Assembly (NCBI GenBank): GCA_031399525.1
Contig: JANNOZ010000005.1
Coordinates: forward strand, 17,056 to 81,055
Direction of reading: 5' to 3'
Source of the DNA: Actinomycetes bacterium
GTDB taxonomy: Bacteria; Actinomycetota; Acidimicrobiia; Acidimicrobiales; CADCSY01
DNA length: 64,000 nucleotides
A program made the position numbers and the translations under genes. Under the pieces are notes generated by a model. That model did no database searches. It was not told the origin of the DNA and saw only the letters and a list, made by a program, of their open reading frames with translations. Within the stretch, counting starts at the first letter, position 1. Every line of letters begins with the position of its first letter. Below, piece by piece: positions 22,729 to 35,281 of the stretch.

Positions 22729-24405
22729 ATGGCCGACATGAAGCCCCGCAGTCGTGACGTCACCGATGGCCCCGAACGGGCTCCGGCGCGGGCCATGCTC
22801 CGAGCCGTCGGGATGACCGACGGCGACTGGGACAAGCCCCAGATCGGCGTGGCGTCCTCGTGGAACGAGGTCACCCCCTGCAACATGGGTCTGGGTGCGT
22901 TGGCCGCCCGAGCCAAGGAAGGGGTCCGGGCCGCCGGTGGATACCCCCTCGAGTTCACCACCATCGCCGTGTCCGACGGCATCTCGATGGGCCATGAGGG
23001 GATGCGGGCCTCGCTGGTGTCACGGGAGGTGATCGCCGATTCGGTCGAGACGGTCATGCACGCCGAGCGCCTCGACGGCTTCGTCAGCTTCGCCGGCTGC
23101 GACAAGAGCCTGCCAGGCATGCTGATGGCCGCGGCCCGCATCGACCTGCCGTCGGTGTTCGTCTACGGCGGTTCGATCCTGCCGGGTCATCACAACGGTC
23201 AAGCCATCGACATCGTGAGCGTGTTCGAGGCCGTCGGGGCCTACGGCACCGGCTCCATGGAGCTGGCCGAGCTCGAAGCCATCGAGCGGGCCGCGTGCCC
23301 GTCGATCGGCAGCTGCGGGGGCATGTTCACGGCCAACACCATGGCGTCGATCGGCGAGGCCATCGGCATGTCGCTGCCCGGCAGCGCGTCGGCCCCGGCG
23401 GTCGACGGCCGGCGCGACGGAATCGCCGTGGCCAGTGGCGAAGCCGTCGTCAACCTCCTGCGGTTGGGCATCACACCCCGCCAGATCATGTCGAAGGCCG
23501 CATTCGAGAACGCCATCGCCGTCACCATGGCTCTCGGCGGCTCGACCAACGCGGTGCTGCACCTGCTGGCCATTGCCCACGAGGCTCGGGTCGACCTCGA
23601 GCTCGACGACTTCAACAAGGTGGCGGCCCGGGTCCCACACCTCGCCGACATGAAGCCCCACGGCCTGTTCCACATGACCGACCTCGACCAGGTGGGTGGT
23701 GTGCCGGTGGTCATGCGCATGTTGCTCGACGAGGGGTTGTTGCACGGCGACTGCATCACCGTGACCGGCAAGACGGTGGCCGAGAACCTGGCCGCTCTCG
23801 ACCCTCCGGCGCCCGACGGCCGGGTCGTGCACGGCTTCGATCAGCCCTTGCACGCCACCGGCGGCCTGGCCGTGCTCACCGGCTCGCTGGCCCCCAAGGG
23901 CGCGGTGGTGAAGGTGGCCGGCATCGACTTCGACCGCTTCGAGGGCACCGCCCGGGTGTTCGACGGCGAGGACGGGGCCATGGAGGAGATCATGGCTGGA
24001 CGGATCCAGGCCGGCGACGTCGTCGTCATCCGGTACGAAGGGCCCAAGGGAGGGCCCGGGATGCGCGAGATGCTGGCCGTGACCGGAGCCATGAAGGGCG
24101 CCGGGCGGGGCGGCGACGCCGCCCTCGTCACCGACGGACGCTTCTCTGGTGGGACCCACGGCTTCTGCATCGGCCATGTCGCCCCCGAGGCCGTCGACGG
24201 CGGACCGATCGCGTTCGTGGCCGACGGCGACCGAATCGTCGTCGACGTGACCAACCACACGATCGACCTGCTCGTCGACGCCGACGAACTCGACCGCCGC
24301 CGGGCGGCGTGGAAGATCCCCGAGCCCCGCTACACCACCGGCGTCCTGGCCAAGTACGCGGCCTTGGCCCAGGGCGCCGATAAGGGTGCAGTAACCAACT
24401 TCTGA
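22729..24405 (+). CDS. ilvD: dihydroxy-acid dehydratase
   Basis: Full-length IlvD: [49 protein letters not shown]. Confidence 0.95.
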   Translation: MADMKPRSRDVTDGPERAPARAMLRAVGMTDGDWDKPQIGVASSWNEVTPCNMGLGALAARAKEGVRAAGGYPLEFTTIAVSDGISMGHEGMRASLVSREVIADSVETVMHAERLDGFVSFAGCDKSLPGMLMAAARIDLPSVFVYGGSILPGHHNGQAIDIVSVFEAVGAYGTGSMELAELEAIERAACPSIGSCGGMFTANTMASIGEAIGMSLPGSASAPAVDGRRDGIAVASGEAVVNLLRLGITPRQIMSKAAFENAIAVTMALGGSTNAVLHLLAIAHEARVDLELDDFNKVAARVPHLADMKPHGLFHMTDLDQVGGVPVVMRMLLDEGLLHGDCITVTGKTVAENLAALDPPAPDGRVVHGFDQPLHATGGLAVLTGSLAPKGAVVKVAGIDFDRFEGTARVFDGEDGAMEEIMAGRIQAGDVVVIRYEGPKGGPGMREMLAVTGAMKGAGRGGDAALVTDGRFSGGTHGFCIGHVAPEAVDGGPIAFVADGDRIVVDVTNHTIDLLVDADELDRRRAAWKIPEPRYTTGVLAKYAALAQGADKGAVTNF

Positions 24406-24421
24406 GCGCCGATCGGCCCGA

Positions 24422-26353
24422 TCAGCTGCCGATCACCCCTCCGCCGATCTTGCGGATCACCACGGTGGCCGACCGGGGCCGGCCCGCCGGATCGTGGTCG
24501 GGCCAGTTGCTGACCGCCCGGGGATTGGCGGGGGTGGGGTTCCCCCAGGCCACGGAGGACTCACCCGGATGCTGGATGTTGACGAACATCGTCGTCTGGT
24601 CCGGCGTGGTCACCACGCCGGTGACCTCACAGCCGCGTGGTCCCACTAGGAAGCGGCGGGTCTCGCCGGTCTTCGGGTTGGCCGCCAGCATCTGGTTGTT
24701 GCCGATGTTGGCGTAGTTGCCCACGTTCTGAGTGCCGTTGGAGATGTCGGTCTGGATCCAGAGGCGCCCGCCATCGTCGAACCAGAGCCCGTCGGGGGAG
24801 CCGTACATGTCGCCGTTGATGTTCACCAGCGGATCGATGGCCGGGTCGCCGGCGAGCACGAAGACGTCCCACTCGAAGGTGAGCGCCGCCGCGTCCTTGT
24901 GCTTCTCGCGCCACTTGATGATGTGGCCGAAGACGTTGTTGGCCCGGGGGTTGGCGGCGCCGGAGGCCGACGAGCCGTTGGTCAGGGTGACGAAGACGTC
25001 GTTGCTCTTGGGATCGACAGCGACCCACTCCGGTCGGTCCATCTTGGTGGCCCCAAGGGCGTCCGCGGCCTGGCGGGCCCGCAGCAGAACGTCGGCCTGG
25101 TCGACCCATTGGTTGGCCGGGGTCAGCGGTCCGGTACCGAACACCAGCGGGAGCCACTCGCCCGAGCCATCGTCGTTGAACTTGGCGACGTAGAGGGTGC
25201 CTTCGTCCAGCGGGCTGATGCCGTCGCGGCGCATGCGTCGCCAAGCCCGGCTGCTCACGTACTTGTAGATGTACTCCTTGTTCTCGTCGTCACCGGAGTA
25301 GACGACGACCTGCCCGCCCCGAGCTTCGGTGACGGTCGCTCCCTCGTGCTTGAAGCGGCCCAGCGCAGTTCGCTTGGTCGGCATCGAAGAGGGGTCCATC
25401 GGATCGATCTCGACGACCCAGCCGAAGCGATGCGCCTCGTTGGGGTTGACGGCGATATCGAAGCGAGGGTCGCCCAGGTGCCACTGGTAGCCGAAGCCGC
25501 CGGCGTTGAACCCGTACCGGCTCTGGAGAGCGGTCGGGGCGAAGCCGGGTGCCGCGGTGCCGAAGTAGCCGTTGAAGTTCTCTTCACAGGCCAGGTAGGT
25601 CCCCCATGGGGTGTAGCCGTGGGCGCAGTTGTTCAGCGTGCCCATGGGCGCGTTGTTCGACTGGAGCAGAGGGTGGTCGCTGGGGACGGGCCCGGAGAAC
25701 CCGACCGGGGTGGTTCCGGTGACCCGGCGGTTGTAGGCCGAGTCGACCTGCTTCCACTTGCCACCTTCGAGCGCCACCTCGATCACGGTGACGCCGTGGG
25801 CCTCCAACGCCTTGGCCACCTTGCCGAGCGACATCGGGGCCAATCCTTCGGCCTCCGAGTAGAAGATCGTGCGGTCGATGTACTCGTGGTTGAGCACCAA
25901 GAGGCCACGCTGGTTGCGCTCCTTGCCGCGCCCGAGCGGGAAGTAGTGCATGCCATCGTGGTGCTGGCCGACCTGCTGGGCCACTTCGGCGGCGGTGTTG
26001 GACCCGTCCTTCTTCCACGCCGGACCGGTCGACGCCAGGGGCGTGCCCCAGGGGATGAGAATCTCGGCCACGTAGCCGTCGGGTACGACGATGGTGTCGA
26101 GCGATCCGACCGGGACGCTCTGGAACCCGAGTCGGGATCCGGATGCGCCATTGGCCTCGGCCCCCGTTGCGTCGAGCACCGACGCCGTGGTGCCACTCAG
26201 GAACCCCACGGCCGCCGCGGTGGCGATGCCGCCACCGATGAGCGCCCGACGCGACATCCGAGCGTCGAGGACGTCGCGGAACGAGGGGTTATCGGAGGGG
26301 TTCGACCCGATGTCCTCGGAGTCGTCATGGATCGTGCCGGTCTCTGTCGACAT
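24422..26353 (-). CDS. phoX: PhoX-family alkaline phosphatase (DUF839) with Tat signal
   Basis: Twin-arginine signal SRRALIGGG. Long beta-propeller-type body (NHEY, FKHEGA, DRPEW, DGLWFD). ATG at 26353. Confidence 0.8.
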   Translation of the reverse strand: MSTETGTIHDDSEDIGSNPSDNPSFRDVLDARMSRRALIGGGIATAAAVGFLSGTTASVLDATGAEANGASGSRLGFQSVPVGSLDTIVVPDGYVAEILIPWGTPLASTGPAWKKDGSNTAAEVAQQVGQHHDGMHYFPLGRGKERNQRGLLVLNHEYIDRTIFYSEAEGLAPMSLGKVAKALEAHGVTVIEVALEGGKWKQVDSAYNRRVTGTTPVGFSGPVPSDHPLLQSNNAPMGTLNNCAHGYTPWGTYLACEENFNGYFGTAAPGFAPTALQSRYGFNAGGFGYQWHLGDPRFDIAVNPNEAHRFGWVVEIDPMDPSSMPTKRTALGRFKHEGATVTEARGGQVVVYSGDDENKEYIYKYVSSRAWRRMRRDGISPLDEGTLYVAKFNDDGSGEWLPLVFGTGPLTPANQWVDQADVLLRARQAADALGATKMDRPEWVAVDPKSNDVFVTLTNGSSASGAANPRANNVFGHIIKWREKHKDAAALTFEWDVFVLAGDPAIDPLVNINGDMYGSPDGLWFDDGGRLWIQTDISNGTQNVGNYANIGNNQMLAANPKTGETRRFLVGPRGCEVTGVVTTPDQTTMFVNIQHPGESSVAWGNPTPANPRAVSNWPDHDPAGRPRSATVVIRKIGGGVIGS

Positions 26354-26555
26354 GGCGCACCTCGGTACGTGGGGGGCCACGTGGTCGCGGCCCGATGGCG
26401 GCAACCTACGGAGGGCGATTGTCCGCAGCTTGACCATCAGATGAAGGCGTCGACAACGAGGAGAGAAGTCCTGCGGCGGCGGCTGTCGGTTGGTGTCGTC
26501 GGTTCGTGTCGGTCACCCGGTTGCGACCCGGAGCCGGCCCTGCGACACTGGCGCG

Positions 26556-26597
26556 GTGAACACTGCCGCCATCGCCCGGGTGCTCGTAGTGACCTAG
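26556..26597 (+). promoter_or_regulatory. candidate ilvB leader peptide ORF (MNTAAIARVLVVT)
   Basis: 13-codon ORF, GTG to TAG, ending Val-Leu-Val-Val-Thr. It resembles the Corynebacterium ilvB leader as I recall it (...RLVVVT...). In-frame alternative starts at 26490 and 26493. Confidence 0.5.
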
Positions 26598-26628
26598 CGC
26601 ACCGACCCCCTTCGTCGCGTGCGCCCAT

Positions 26629-26660
26629 GGCCTCCCATCCGGGAGGCCGTTCCAGTTTTC
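26629..26660 (+). terminator. attenuator/intrinsic terminator upstream of ilvB
   Basis: GGCCTCCC-ATCC-GGGAGGCC 8-bp GC stem followed by GTTCCAGTTTTC. Lies 45 nt upstream of the ilvB ATG. Confidence 0.55.
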
Positions 26661-26704
26661 GGCCACGATTCTTCTGCACGTCTCGATCCGAGGAGTTCCC
26701 AGCA

Positions 26705-28444
26705 ATGAAGCTGACCGGGGCCCAAGCCCTCATCAAGAGCCTGGAGATGGAAGGCACCGAGGTCATGTTCGGCCTCCCTGGTGGCGCCATCCTCCCGGTG
26801 TACGACCCGATCATCGACAGCTCGATCCGCCACATCCTCGTGCGTCACGAGCAGGGCGCGGGTCACATGGCCGAGGGCTATGCCCACGTCACCGGACGTC
26901 CCGGGGTGGCCATGGTCACCAGCGGCCCGGCAGCCACCAACATCGTCACGCCCCTCGCCGACGCCTACATGGACTCGATCCCGTTGGTCGTGATTACCGG
27001 CCAGGTCGCCTACCCGTCGATCGGAACCGACGCCTTCCAGGAAGTCGACACGACGGGCATCACCATGGCCGTCACCAAGCACAACTGGCTGGTGACCTCG
27101 GCCGACGAGATTCCCGAAGTGGTCAAGGAGGCCTTCCATGTGGCCACCACCGGGCGACCGGGACCGGTCCTCATCGACCTGCCCAAGGACGTGGCCAACC
27201 AGACCATGGACTGGCACTGGCCCGACTCGGTCGACCTCCCTGGGTACCACCCGGTCACCCAAGGCGATCCGGTGCTCATCCGAGCCGCAGCCGAGCTGAT
27301 CCTGGCGGCCGAACGCCCGGTGATCTACGCCGGCGGCGGGATCCTCAAGGCCCGGGCCGCCGAGGCCCTGCGCCAGCTGGCCGAGCTGACCGGCATCCAT
27401 GTGGTCACCACCCTCATGGCCCGGGGGGCCTTCCCTGACGACCATGACCTGTGCCTGGGCATGCCCGGCATGCACGGCAACTACACCGCAGTCACTGCCC
27501 TCCAGCAATCCGACCTGCTCGTCGCCCTGGGGTCGCGTTTCGACGACCGGGTCACCGGCAAGGTCTCGGCCTTTGCGCCCGATGCCAAGGTCATCCACGT
27601 CGACATCGACCCGGCCGAACTGGGCAAGGTTCGTCGCCCGGATGTGGGCATCACCGGTGATTGCCGGCTGGTGATCGAGGAGCTGGTCGCCGTCATCCGG
27701 AGCCTCCTGGCCACGGGGTCCACCGCGCCGGACCGGAGCGCGTGGCGCTCGACCATCTCGGGCTGGCAGGAGAACTTCCCGCTGGCCTACGAGCCCTACG
27801 TCGAGGGCGACGCGCTCAAGCCACAGATGGTCCTCGAACACCTGCGCGACTCGACGCCCGACGACACGATCGTGGTGTCAGGAGTCGGCCAGCATCAGAT
27901 GTGGACCAGCCAGTACTGGAGATTCCAGCACCCGTACACGTGGGTCAACTCGGGTGGGCTGGGCACCATGGGCTTCGCGGTTCCCGCCGCGATCGGCGCC
28001 AAGGTGGGCCGGCCCGACCGCATGGTGTGGGCCGTCGACGGCGACGGCTGCTTCCAGATGACGGCCCAGGAGTTGGTGACGGCCTCAGCCGAACGCATCC
28101 CGGTCAAGGTGGCCATCCTCAACAACGCCTACCTCGGCATGGTCCGCCAGTGGCAGGAGATGTTCTACGAGGAGCGCTACAGTGAGGTCTACCTCTCGCC
28201 TGACCTGCCTGACTACGTCGGGTGGGCCCAGGCCATGGGTTGCGTGGGCATCCGGGTCGAGTCGCCCGAGGAGATCCAGCCGGCCATCGACAAGGCCAAC
28301 GAGATCGACGATCGGCCGGTGGTCATCGACTTCCGCACCGATTCTCGCGAGAAGGTGTACCCGATGGTCCCGGCCGGGGCCTCCAACAGCGACATCGTGG
28401 TGCCGCCGTTCCAGGCCGGTCGTCACGGTCAGGGCGGGAGGTGA
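26705..28444 (+). CDS. ilvB: acetolactate synthase large subunit
   Basis: MKLTGAQALIKSLEMEGTEVMFGLPGGAILPVYD..., ThDP motif GGLGTMGFAVPAAIGA...DGDGCFQM. AGGAG SD at 26691. This is the 3' part of the artefactual ORF 24899..28444. Confidence 0.95.
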   Translation: MKLTGAQALIKSLEMEGTEVMFGLPGGAILPVYDPIIDSSIRHILVRHEQGAGHMAEGYAHVTGRPGVAMVTSGPAATNIVTPLADAYMDSIPLVVITGQVAYPSIGTDAFQEVDTTGITMAVTKHNWLVTSADEIPEVVKEAFHVATTGRPGPVLIDLPKDVANQTMDWHWPDSVDLPGYHPVTQGDPVLIRAAAELILAAERPVIYAGGGILKARAAEALRQLAELTGIHVVTTLMARGAFPDDHDLCLGMPGMHGNYTAVTALQQSDLLVALGSRFDDRVTGKVSAFAPDAKVIHVDIDPAELGKVRRPDVGITGDCRLVIEELVAVIRSLLATGSTAPDRSAWRSTISGWQENFPLAYEPYVEGDALKPQMVLEHLRDSTPDDTIVVSGVGQHQMWTSQYWRFQHPYTWVNSGGLGTMGFAVPAAIGAKVGRPDRMVWAVDGDGCFQMTAQELVTASAERIPVKVAILNNAYLGMVRQWQEMFYEERYSEVYLSPDLPDYVGWAQAMGCVGIRVESPEEIQPAIDKANEIDDRPVVIDFRTDSREKVYPMVPAGASNSDIVVPPFQAGRHGQGGR

Positions 28445-28448
28445 CGTC

Positions 28449-28952
28449 ATGACCGAGCCCACCCCGGCGGTCGACGCCAACCTGCACATCTTGTCGGTCC
28501 TGGTGGAGAACCGCTTCGGCGTGCTGGCCCGGGTGGCCGGGCTCTTCGCCCGCCGGGCCTTCAACATCTACTCCCTGGCCGTTGCCCCCACCGAGGACGA
28601 CCGGTTCTCCCGGTTGACGATCGTGGTCGACGTCGAGTCAACGCCCCTCGAACAGGTCCGCAAGCAACTCGACAAGCTCATCAACGTGGTCCGCATCGAC
28701 GAGCTCAGCCCGGCCGACGCGGTGCAGCGCGAGCTGCTCTTGTGCACGGTCCGAGCCGACGATCAGGTGGGCGAGGCGGTGTGGGAGGTGGTCCGCGATG
28801 CCGGGGCGTGGGTGCTCGACACCTCGGCTGACGCCATCACCGTGTCCCTCGACGCCGAGCCTGACAAGCTCGACGCCTTCGAGAACGCCCTGCGCCCCTT
28901 CGGCATCCGCCAACTGGCCCGTTCGGGGCGCATCGCGATGCCCACGCTCTGA
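28449..28952 (+). CDS. ilvN: acetolactate synthase small (regulatory) subunit
   Basis: ACT domain HILSVLVENRFGVLARVAGLFARRAFNIYSLAV. ATG at 28449. Confidence 0.9.
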   Translation: MTEPTPAVDANLHILSVLVENRFGVLARVAGLFARRAFNIYSLAVAPTEDDRFSRLTIVVDVESTPLEQVRKQLDKLINVVRIDELSPADAVQRELLLCTVRADDQVGEAVWEVVRDAGAWVLDTSADAITVSLDAEPDKLDAFENALRPFGIRQLARSGRIAMPTL

Positions 28953-29006
28953 CGAACACCACCCCATCCGCTCACCGCACCGACGTTCCCGAAAGGACTT
29001 GTCCGC

Positions 29007-30035
29007 ATGCCCGCCACCATCTTCTACGAGGCCGACGCCGACCCTGCCCTGATCCGAGGGCGCAAGGTCGCAGTCATCGGCTACGGCTCTCAGGGCCATG
29101 CCCACGCCCTGAACCTGCGGGACTCCGGTGTCGATGTCCGGGTCGGTCTGCGACCTGGTTCGGCGTCGCTGGACAAGGCACTCGACGCCGGGCTGCGGGT
29201 CCGCTCGATTCCGGATGCGGCCACCGAGGCCGACGTGATCATGATCCTGCTGCCCGACACCGAGGCCGCCGCGGTCTACAAGGCGGCGATCGCTCCCAGC
29301 CTGGTCGAGGGCGACGCCATCTTCTTCGCTCACGGGTTCAACATCCGCTTCGGGCTGATCGAGGCTCCTGCGGGCGTCGACGTGGCCATGGTGGCTCCCA
29401 AGGGCCCCGGCCACTTGGTGCGGCGTACCTACGTCGAGGGCGGCGGGGTTCCCTGTTTGGTGGCGGTGGCCGCCGACCCGTCGGGCTCGGCCCGGGCCCT
29501 GGCGTTGTCCTACGCCGACGGCATCGGCGGCACCCGGGCCGGTGTGCTCGAGACGACCTTCGCCGAGGAAACCGAGACCGATCTGTTCGGTGAGCAGGTC
29601 GTGTTGTGCGGCGGGCTGACCTCGCTTGTCCAGGCCGGGTTCGAGACCCTGGTCGAGGCCGGCTATCAGCCCGAGTCGGCCTACTTCGAGTGCCTGCACG
29701 AGCTCAAGCTCATCGTCGACCTCATGTACGAGCAGGGCATCTCGGGTATGCGCTACTCGATCTCCGACACAGCTGAATATGGCGACCTCACCCGGGGCCC
29801 GCGAATCATCAACGCCGCGGTGAAGGCCGAGATGCGGGCCATCCTCGACGAGATCCAGGACGGCCGCTTTGCCGAGGAATGGGTGGCCGAGTCACGATCG
29901 GGTCGGTCGCGTTACCGCGATCTGCAGGCCGCTGGCGCGGCCCACCAGATCGAGCAGGTGGGCGAGGAGCTACGGGCCATGATGCCCTGGATCTCCGCCG
30001 GCAAGACCCGAGTCCAGGACGCCTCCGGAGGCTGA
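29007..30035 (+). CDS. ilvC: ketol-acid reductoisomerase
   Basis: [42 protein letters not shown]. Confidence 0.95.
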   Translation: MPATIFYEADADPALIRGRKVAVIGYGSQGHAHALNLRDSGVDVRVGLRPGSASLDKALDAGLRVRSIPDAATEADVIMILLPDTEAAAVYKAAIAPSLVEGDAIFFAHGFNIRFGLIEAPAGVDVAMVAPKGPGHLVRRTYVEGGGVPCLVAVAADPSGSARALALSYADGIGGTRAGVLETTFAEETETDLFGEQVVLCGGLTSLVQAGFETLVEAGYQPESAYFECLHELKLIVDLMYEQGISGMRYSISDTAEYGDLTRGPRIINAAVKAEMRAILDEIQDGRFAEEWVAESRSGRSRYRDLQAAGAAHQIEQVGEELRAMMPWISAGKTRVQDASGG

Positions 30036-30066
30036 CCCCCCACGCCGGTTGATTCACGCCACGCCG

Positions 30067-30147
30067 CCGAACTCGGATCAATAGCGATCGGGACCCGATC
30101 GCTATCGATCCGAGAAGCCGGAACGACAGCTATCGATCCGAGTTCCG
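30067..30147. terminator. compound hairpin in the convergent ilvC/serC intergenic region (probable bidirectional terminator)
   Basis: 21-bp inverted repeat with one mismatch (30072..30092 / 30094..30114). A third identical 14-nt copy of GCTATCGATCCGAG at 30129..30142 can pair with the same left arm as an alternative. Confidence 0.5.
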
Positions 30148-30188
30148 GGGTGGCACGTCGGCACGTCGAGCGAGACGGGCGGGGCGGA

Positions 30189-32564
<2,376 letters not shown>

Positions 32565-32578
32565 CCGGGCCCGAGTTG

Positions 32579-32593
32579 TTAGGTGGGCCTAAC
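32579..32593. promoter_or_regulatory. candidate metalloregulator (IdeR/DtxR-like) operator
   Basis: Palindrome TTAGG-TGGG-CCTAA ~60 nt upstream of the iron-type ABC substrate-binding gene. 12 of 19 positions match the TTAGGTTAGGCTAACCTAA consensus as I recall it. Confidence 0.3.
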
Positions 32594-32651
32594 GATCCGG
32601 TAGGGTCGTGGGCCCTGGCACCAATGGTGTGCCCGCCTACGAGGAGACGAG

Positions 32652-33695
32652 ATGCGTTCGAGGAAGAGGGTGGCGCTGGCTGCGCTGGTCCTGTTGGTCG
32701 GGTTGCTCGCCGCGTGCGGCAGCGAACAAGCCGACGAGCCGGTCGAAAGCGATACGACCACAGCATCGGGCACCTTGGTGATCTACAGCGGTCGCAACGA
32801 AGAGTTGGTGGGCCCACTGCTCGACATGTTCACCGAGAAGACGGGGATCGAAGTCGAGGTGCGTTACGCCAACAGCGCTGAGCTGTCAGCCACCATCCTC
32901 GAGGAGGGCGACGCCAGCCCGGCCGACGTGTTCCTCTCCCAAGATGCCGGAGCTCTCGGCGCCCTGGACGAGGAAGGAATCCTGCGGTCGCTCGATCAGG
33001 AGACCTTGGACCAAGTCGACACCCGCTTCCAAGCCGAATCCGGAACGTGGGTCGGCGTGTCGGGCCGGGCCCGGGTGCTGGTCTATGACCCCGCCCAGGT
33101 GAGCGAGGTCCCCGAGAGCGTGTTCGATCTCACCGACGAAGCGTGGTCGGGGAAGGTGGCCTGGGCGCCTACCAATGCCTCCTTCCAGGCGTTCGTGACC
33201 GCCATGCGGGTCACTGCCGGCGAAGACGTCGCTCGTCAATGGCTCGAGGACATGCAGGCCAACGGGACGGTCGCCTACGAGAGCAACGATCTGATTCTCG
33301 CCGCGGTCGAGGAGGGCCAGGCAGCCATCGGCCTCATCAACCACTACTACTGGGCCGAATTGGTAGCCGAGGAGGGCGCCGAGAACGTGTCGTCCAAGAT
33401 CGCCTTCCTCCCGGGCGAGGACCCGGGTGCGTTGGTCAACGTGGCCGGGGTCGGCGTGCTCGAAAGCGCGACGCATTCGGCCGAGGCCGACGCCTTCGTC
33501 GACTTCCTTCTCAGTGAGGAGGCCCAGCGCTACTTCTCCGAGGAGACCTTCGAGTATCCGCTCGCCGCCGGTGTCGATGCCGATCCATCCCTGCCGCCTC
33601 TGGCGACCCTTGGTGGTCCGTCGATTGACTTGTCCTCGCTGTCATCGCTCGAGGAGACCCTGGCCCTGCTGGCCGATACGGGAGTGACGAGCTGA
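32652..33695 (+). CDS. Fe3+-type ABC transporter substrate-binding lipoprotein
   Basis: Lipobox LLAAC. The LVIYSGRNEELVGPLLDMFTEKTGI...FLSQDAGAL pattern is typical of FbpA/AfuA-like binding proteins. Confidence 0.8.
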   Translation: MRSRKRVALAALVLLVGLLAACGSEQADEPVESDTTTASGTLVIYSGRNEELVGPLLDMFTEKTGIEVEVRYANSAELSATILEEGDASPADVFLSQDAGALGALDEEGILRSLDQETLDQVDTRFQAESGTWVGVSGRARVLVYDPAQVSEVPESVFDLTDEAWSGKVAWAPTNASFQAFVTAMRVTAGEDVARQWLEDMQANGTVAYESNDLILAAVEEGQAAIGLINHYYWAELVAEEGAENVSSKIAFLPGEDPGALVNVAGVGVLESATHSAEADAFVDFLLSEEAQRYFSEETFEYPLAAGVDADPSLPPLATLGGPSIDLSSLSSLEETLALLADTGVTS

Positions 33696-33784
33696 CCGTC
33701 GTTGAGAACGGAGGTCGACGGGCCGAGGCATCGTCGGGTCGGGGCGGCGGGCAGAGCACTGTCCGCCGCCCCCGGCCTCCCTTC

Positions 33785-35281
33785 GTGCTGTTGGTGGGCG
33801 GAGGGGTAGCCGCGCTGGTCGGCCTCACGCCGCTCGTCTACCTGGTCATCCGGGCGACCGAGGGAGGTCTGGGTCCGCTTCGCGAGACGGTCCTTCGGGC
33901 CCGGACTGCGGAGCTCGTGTGGAACACCGTCGAGCTGGCCGTCGCGGTGACGGTCAGCTGCGTGGTCATCGGCGTCGCCGCGGCCTGGTTGGTCACCTCC
34001 ACCGATCTTCCGGGGCGTCGCGTGTGGCGGGTCGTGCTGGGGCTGCCTCTCGCCGTGCCCACCTACCTGGCTGGGTACGCCTGGCTCAACGTTCGACCCA
34101 CGATCAGCGGTACGGCCGGCGCCTGGATGATCCTGACGCTGTGCTCGTATCCCTACGTGTACCTCCCGGTGGTTGCCGCTCTCCAGCGGGCCGACCCGGC
34201 CCAAGTCGAAATGGCTCGGTCGCTCGGGCGGGGGCCGGTCGCCTCGTTCCTGACCGTGACCCTTCGCCAGACCCGGGTGGCCGCCGCGTCAGGGGCTCTG
34301 CTCGTCGCCCTCTACGTCATGTCCGACTTCGGGGCGGTGTCGATCATGCGGGTCGACGTTCTGGCCCGAGGTATCTACAACTCCTATCGGGCCAGTTTCG
34401 ATCGCACGCCGGCGGCCATCCTCGGCTGCGTCCTAGTGGTAATGACCATGGCTGTGGTGGTGGCCGAATCCCTGACGCGAGGACGGGGTCGATCGGCTCG
34501 GGTGGGCGCCGGGTCGACGCGTCGGGGCCAGCCCCAGCGACTGGGTTGGGTCGCGGTCCCGGCTCTGGCGGCCAGTGCAGCACTGGTGGTCCTGGCCATC
34601 GGCGTACCGGTGTGGAGCCTGTTCTCGGCGTTGTCCACCGGTCGTTCGGCTGGCATCGACTGGGATCGCGTGGGCCAGGCAACATCCACCACCCTGGGAT
34701 GGGCGGCCGCCGCCGCCCTGCTCACGGTGGCCCTCGCCGTACCCGTGGGTGTGCTGGCTGCCCGCTTCCCCGGACGGGCCACCCGGGCGCTATCGGGCGC
34801 GACCTACCTCGGCCACGCCCTGCCTGGCATCGTCGTGGCCCTGTCGCTCGTCTTCCTTGGAGTCCGGGTCTTCACCCCCTTCTACCAGCGGCTCCCGCTC
34901 CTCTTGTTGGCCTACGCCGCGCTTTTCTTGCCGCTAGCGGTGGGATCGGTGGAGGACGCGGTTGCTCGGACACCGGCCTCGTTGGAGGACGCGGCCCGCT
35001 CGCTCGGCCACCGGTCGTGGGTCGTGTGGTGGCGGGTCACCATCCCGCTGGCCCTCCCGGGGCTGGCCGCCGCGTGTGCCATGGTGGCCCTGGCCACCAT
35101 GAAGGAGCTTCCCGCCACGCTCATCCTGGCGCCCACCGGGAGTAGGACCTTGGCCACCGAGCTGTGGACCCAGACGGGGGTCCGGGCCTTCGCCGCAGCG
35201 GCGCCATACGCCGCCGCGCTGCTCGTCGTGGCGATCGTCCCCAGCGCCCTGCTGTCACTAGGGCGGCGCGAGCGTGGCTGA
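33785..35281 (+). CDS. iron ABC transporter permease (fused double permease domain)
   Basis: ~12 TM helices with two EAA-like loops (MARSLGRGP, AARSLGHRS). GTG at 33785. Confidence 0.8.
   Translation: MLLVGGGVAALVGLTPLVYLVIRATEGGLGPLRETVLRARTAELVWNTVELAVAVTVSCVVIGVAAAWLVTSTDLPGRRVWRVVLGLPLAVPTYLAGYAWLNVRPTISGTAGAWMILTLCSYPYVYLPVVAALQRADPAQVEMARSLGRGPVASFLTVTLRQTRVAAASGALLVALYVMSDFGAVSIMRVDVLARGIYNSYRASFDRTPAAILGCVLVVMTMAVVVAESLTRGRGRSARVGAGSTRRGQPQRLGWVAVPALAASAALVVLAIGVPVWSLFSALSTGRSAGIDWDRVGQATSTTLGWAAAAALLTVALAVPVGVLAARFPGRATRALSGATYLGHALPGIVVALSLVFLGVRVFTPFYQRLPLLLLAYAALFLPLAVGSVEDAVARTPASLEDAARSLGHRSWVVWWRVTIPLALPGLAAACAMVALATMKELPATLILAPTGSRTLATELWTQTGVRAFAAAAPYAAALLVVAIVPSALLSLGRRERG

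Noticed and set aside
24899-28444. 1181-aa ORF, the longest in the track
   Set aside because: It is a chimera. The first ~600 codons are the antisense strand of phoX plus the ilvB leader region and contain no recognisable motif. Only the part from the ATG at 26705, which has an AGGAG SD, is ilvB.
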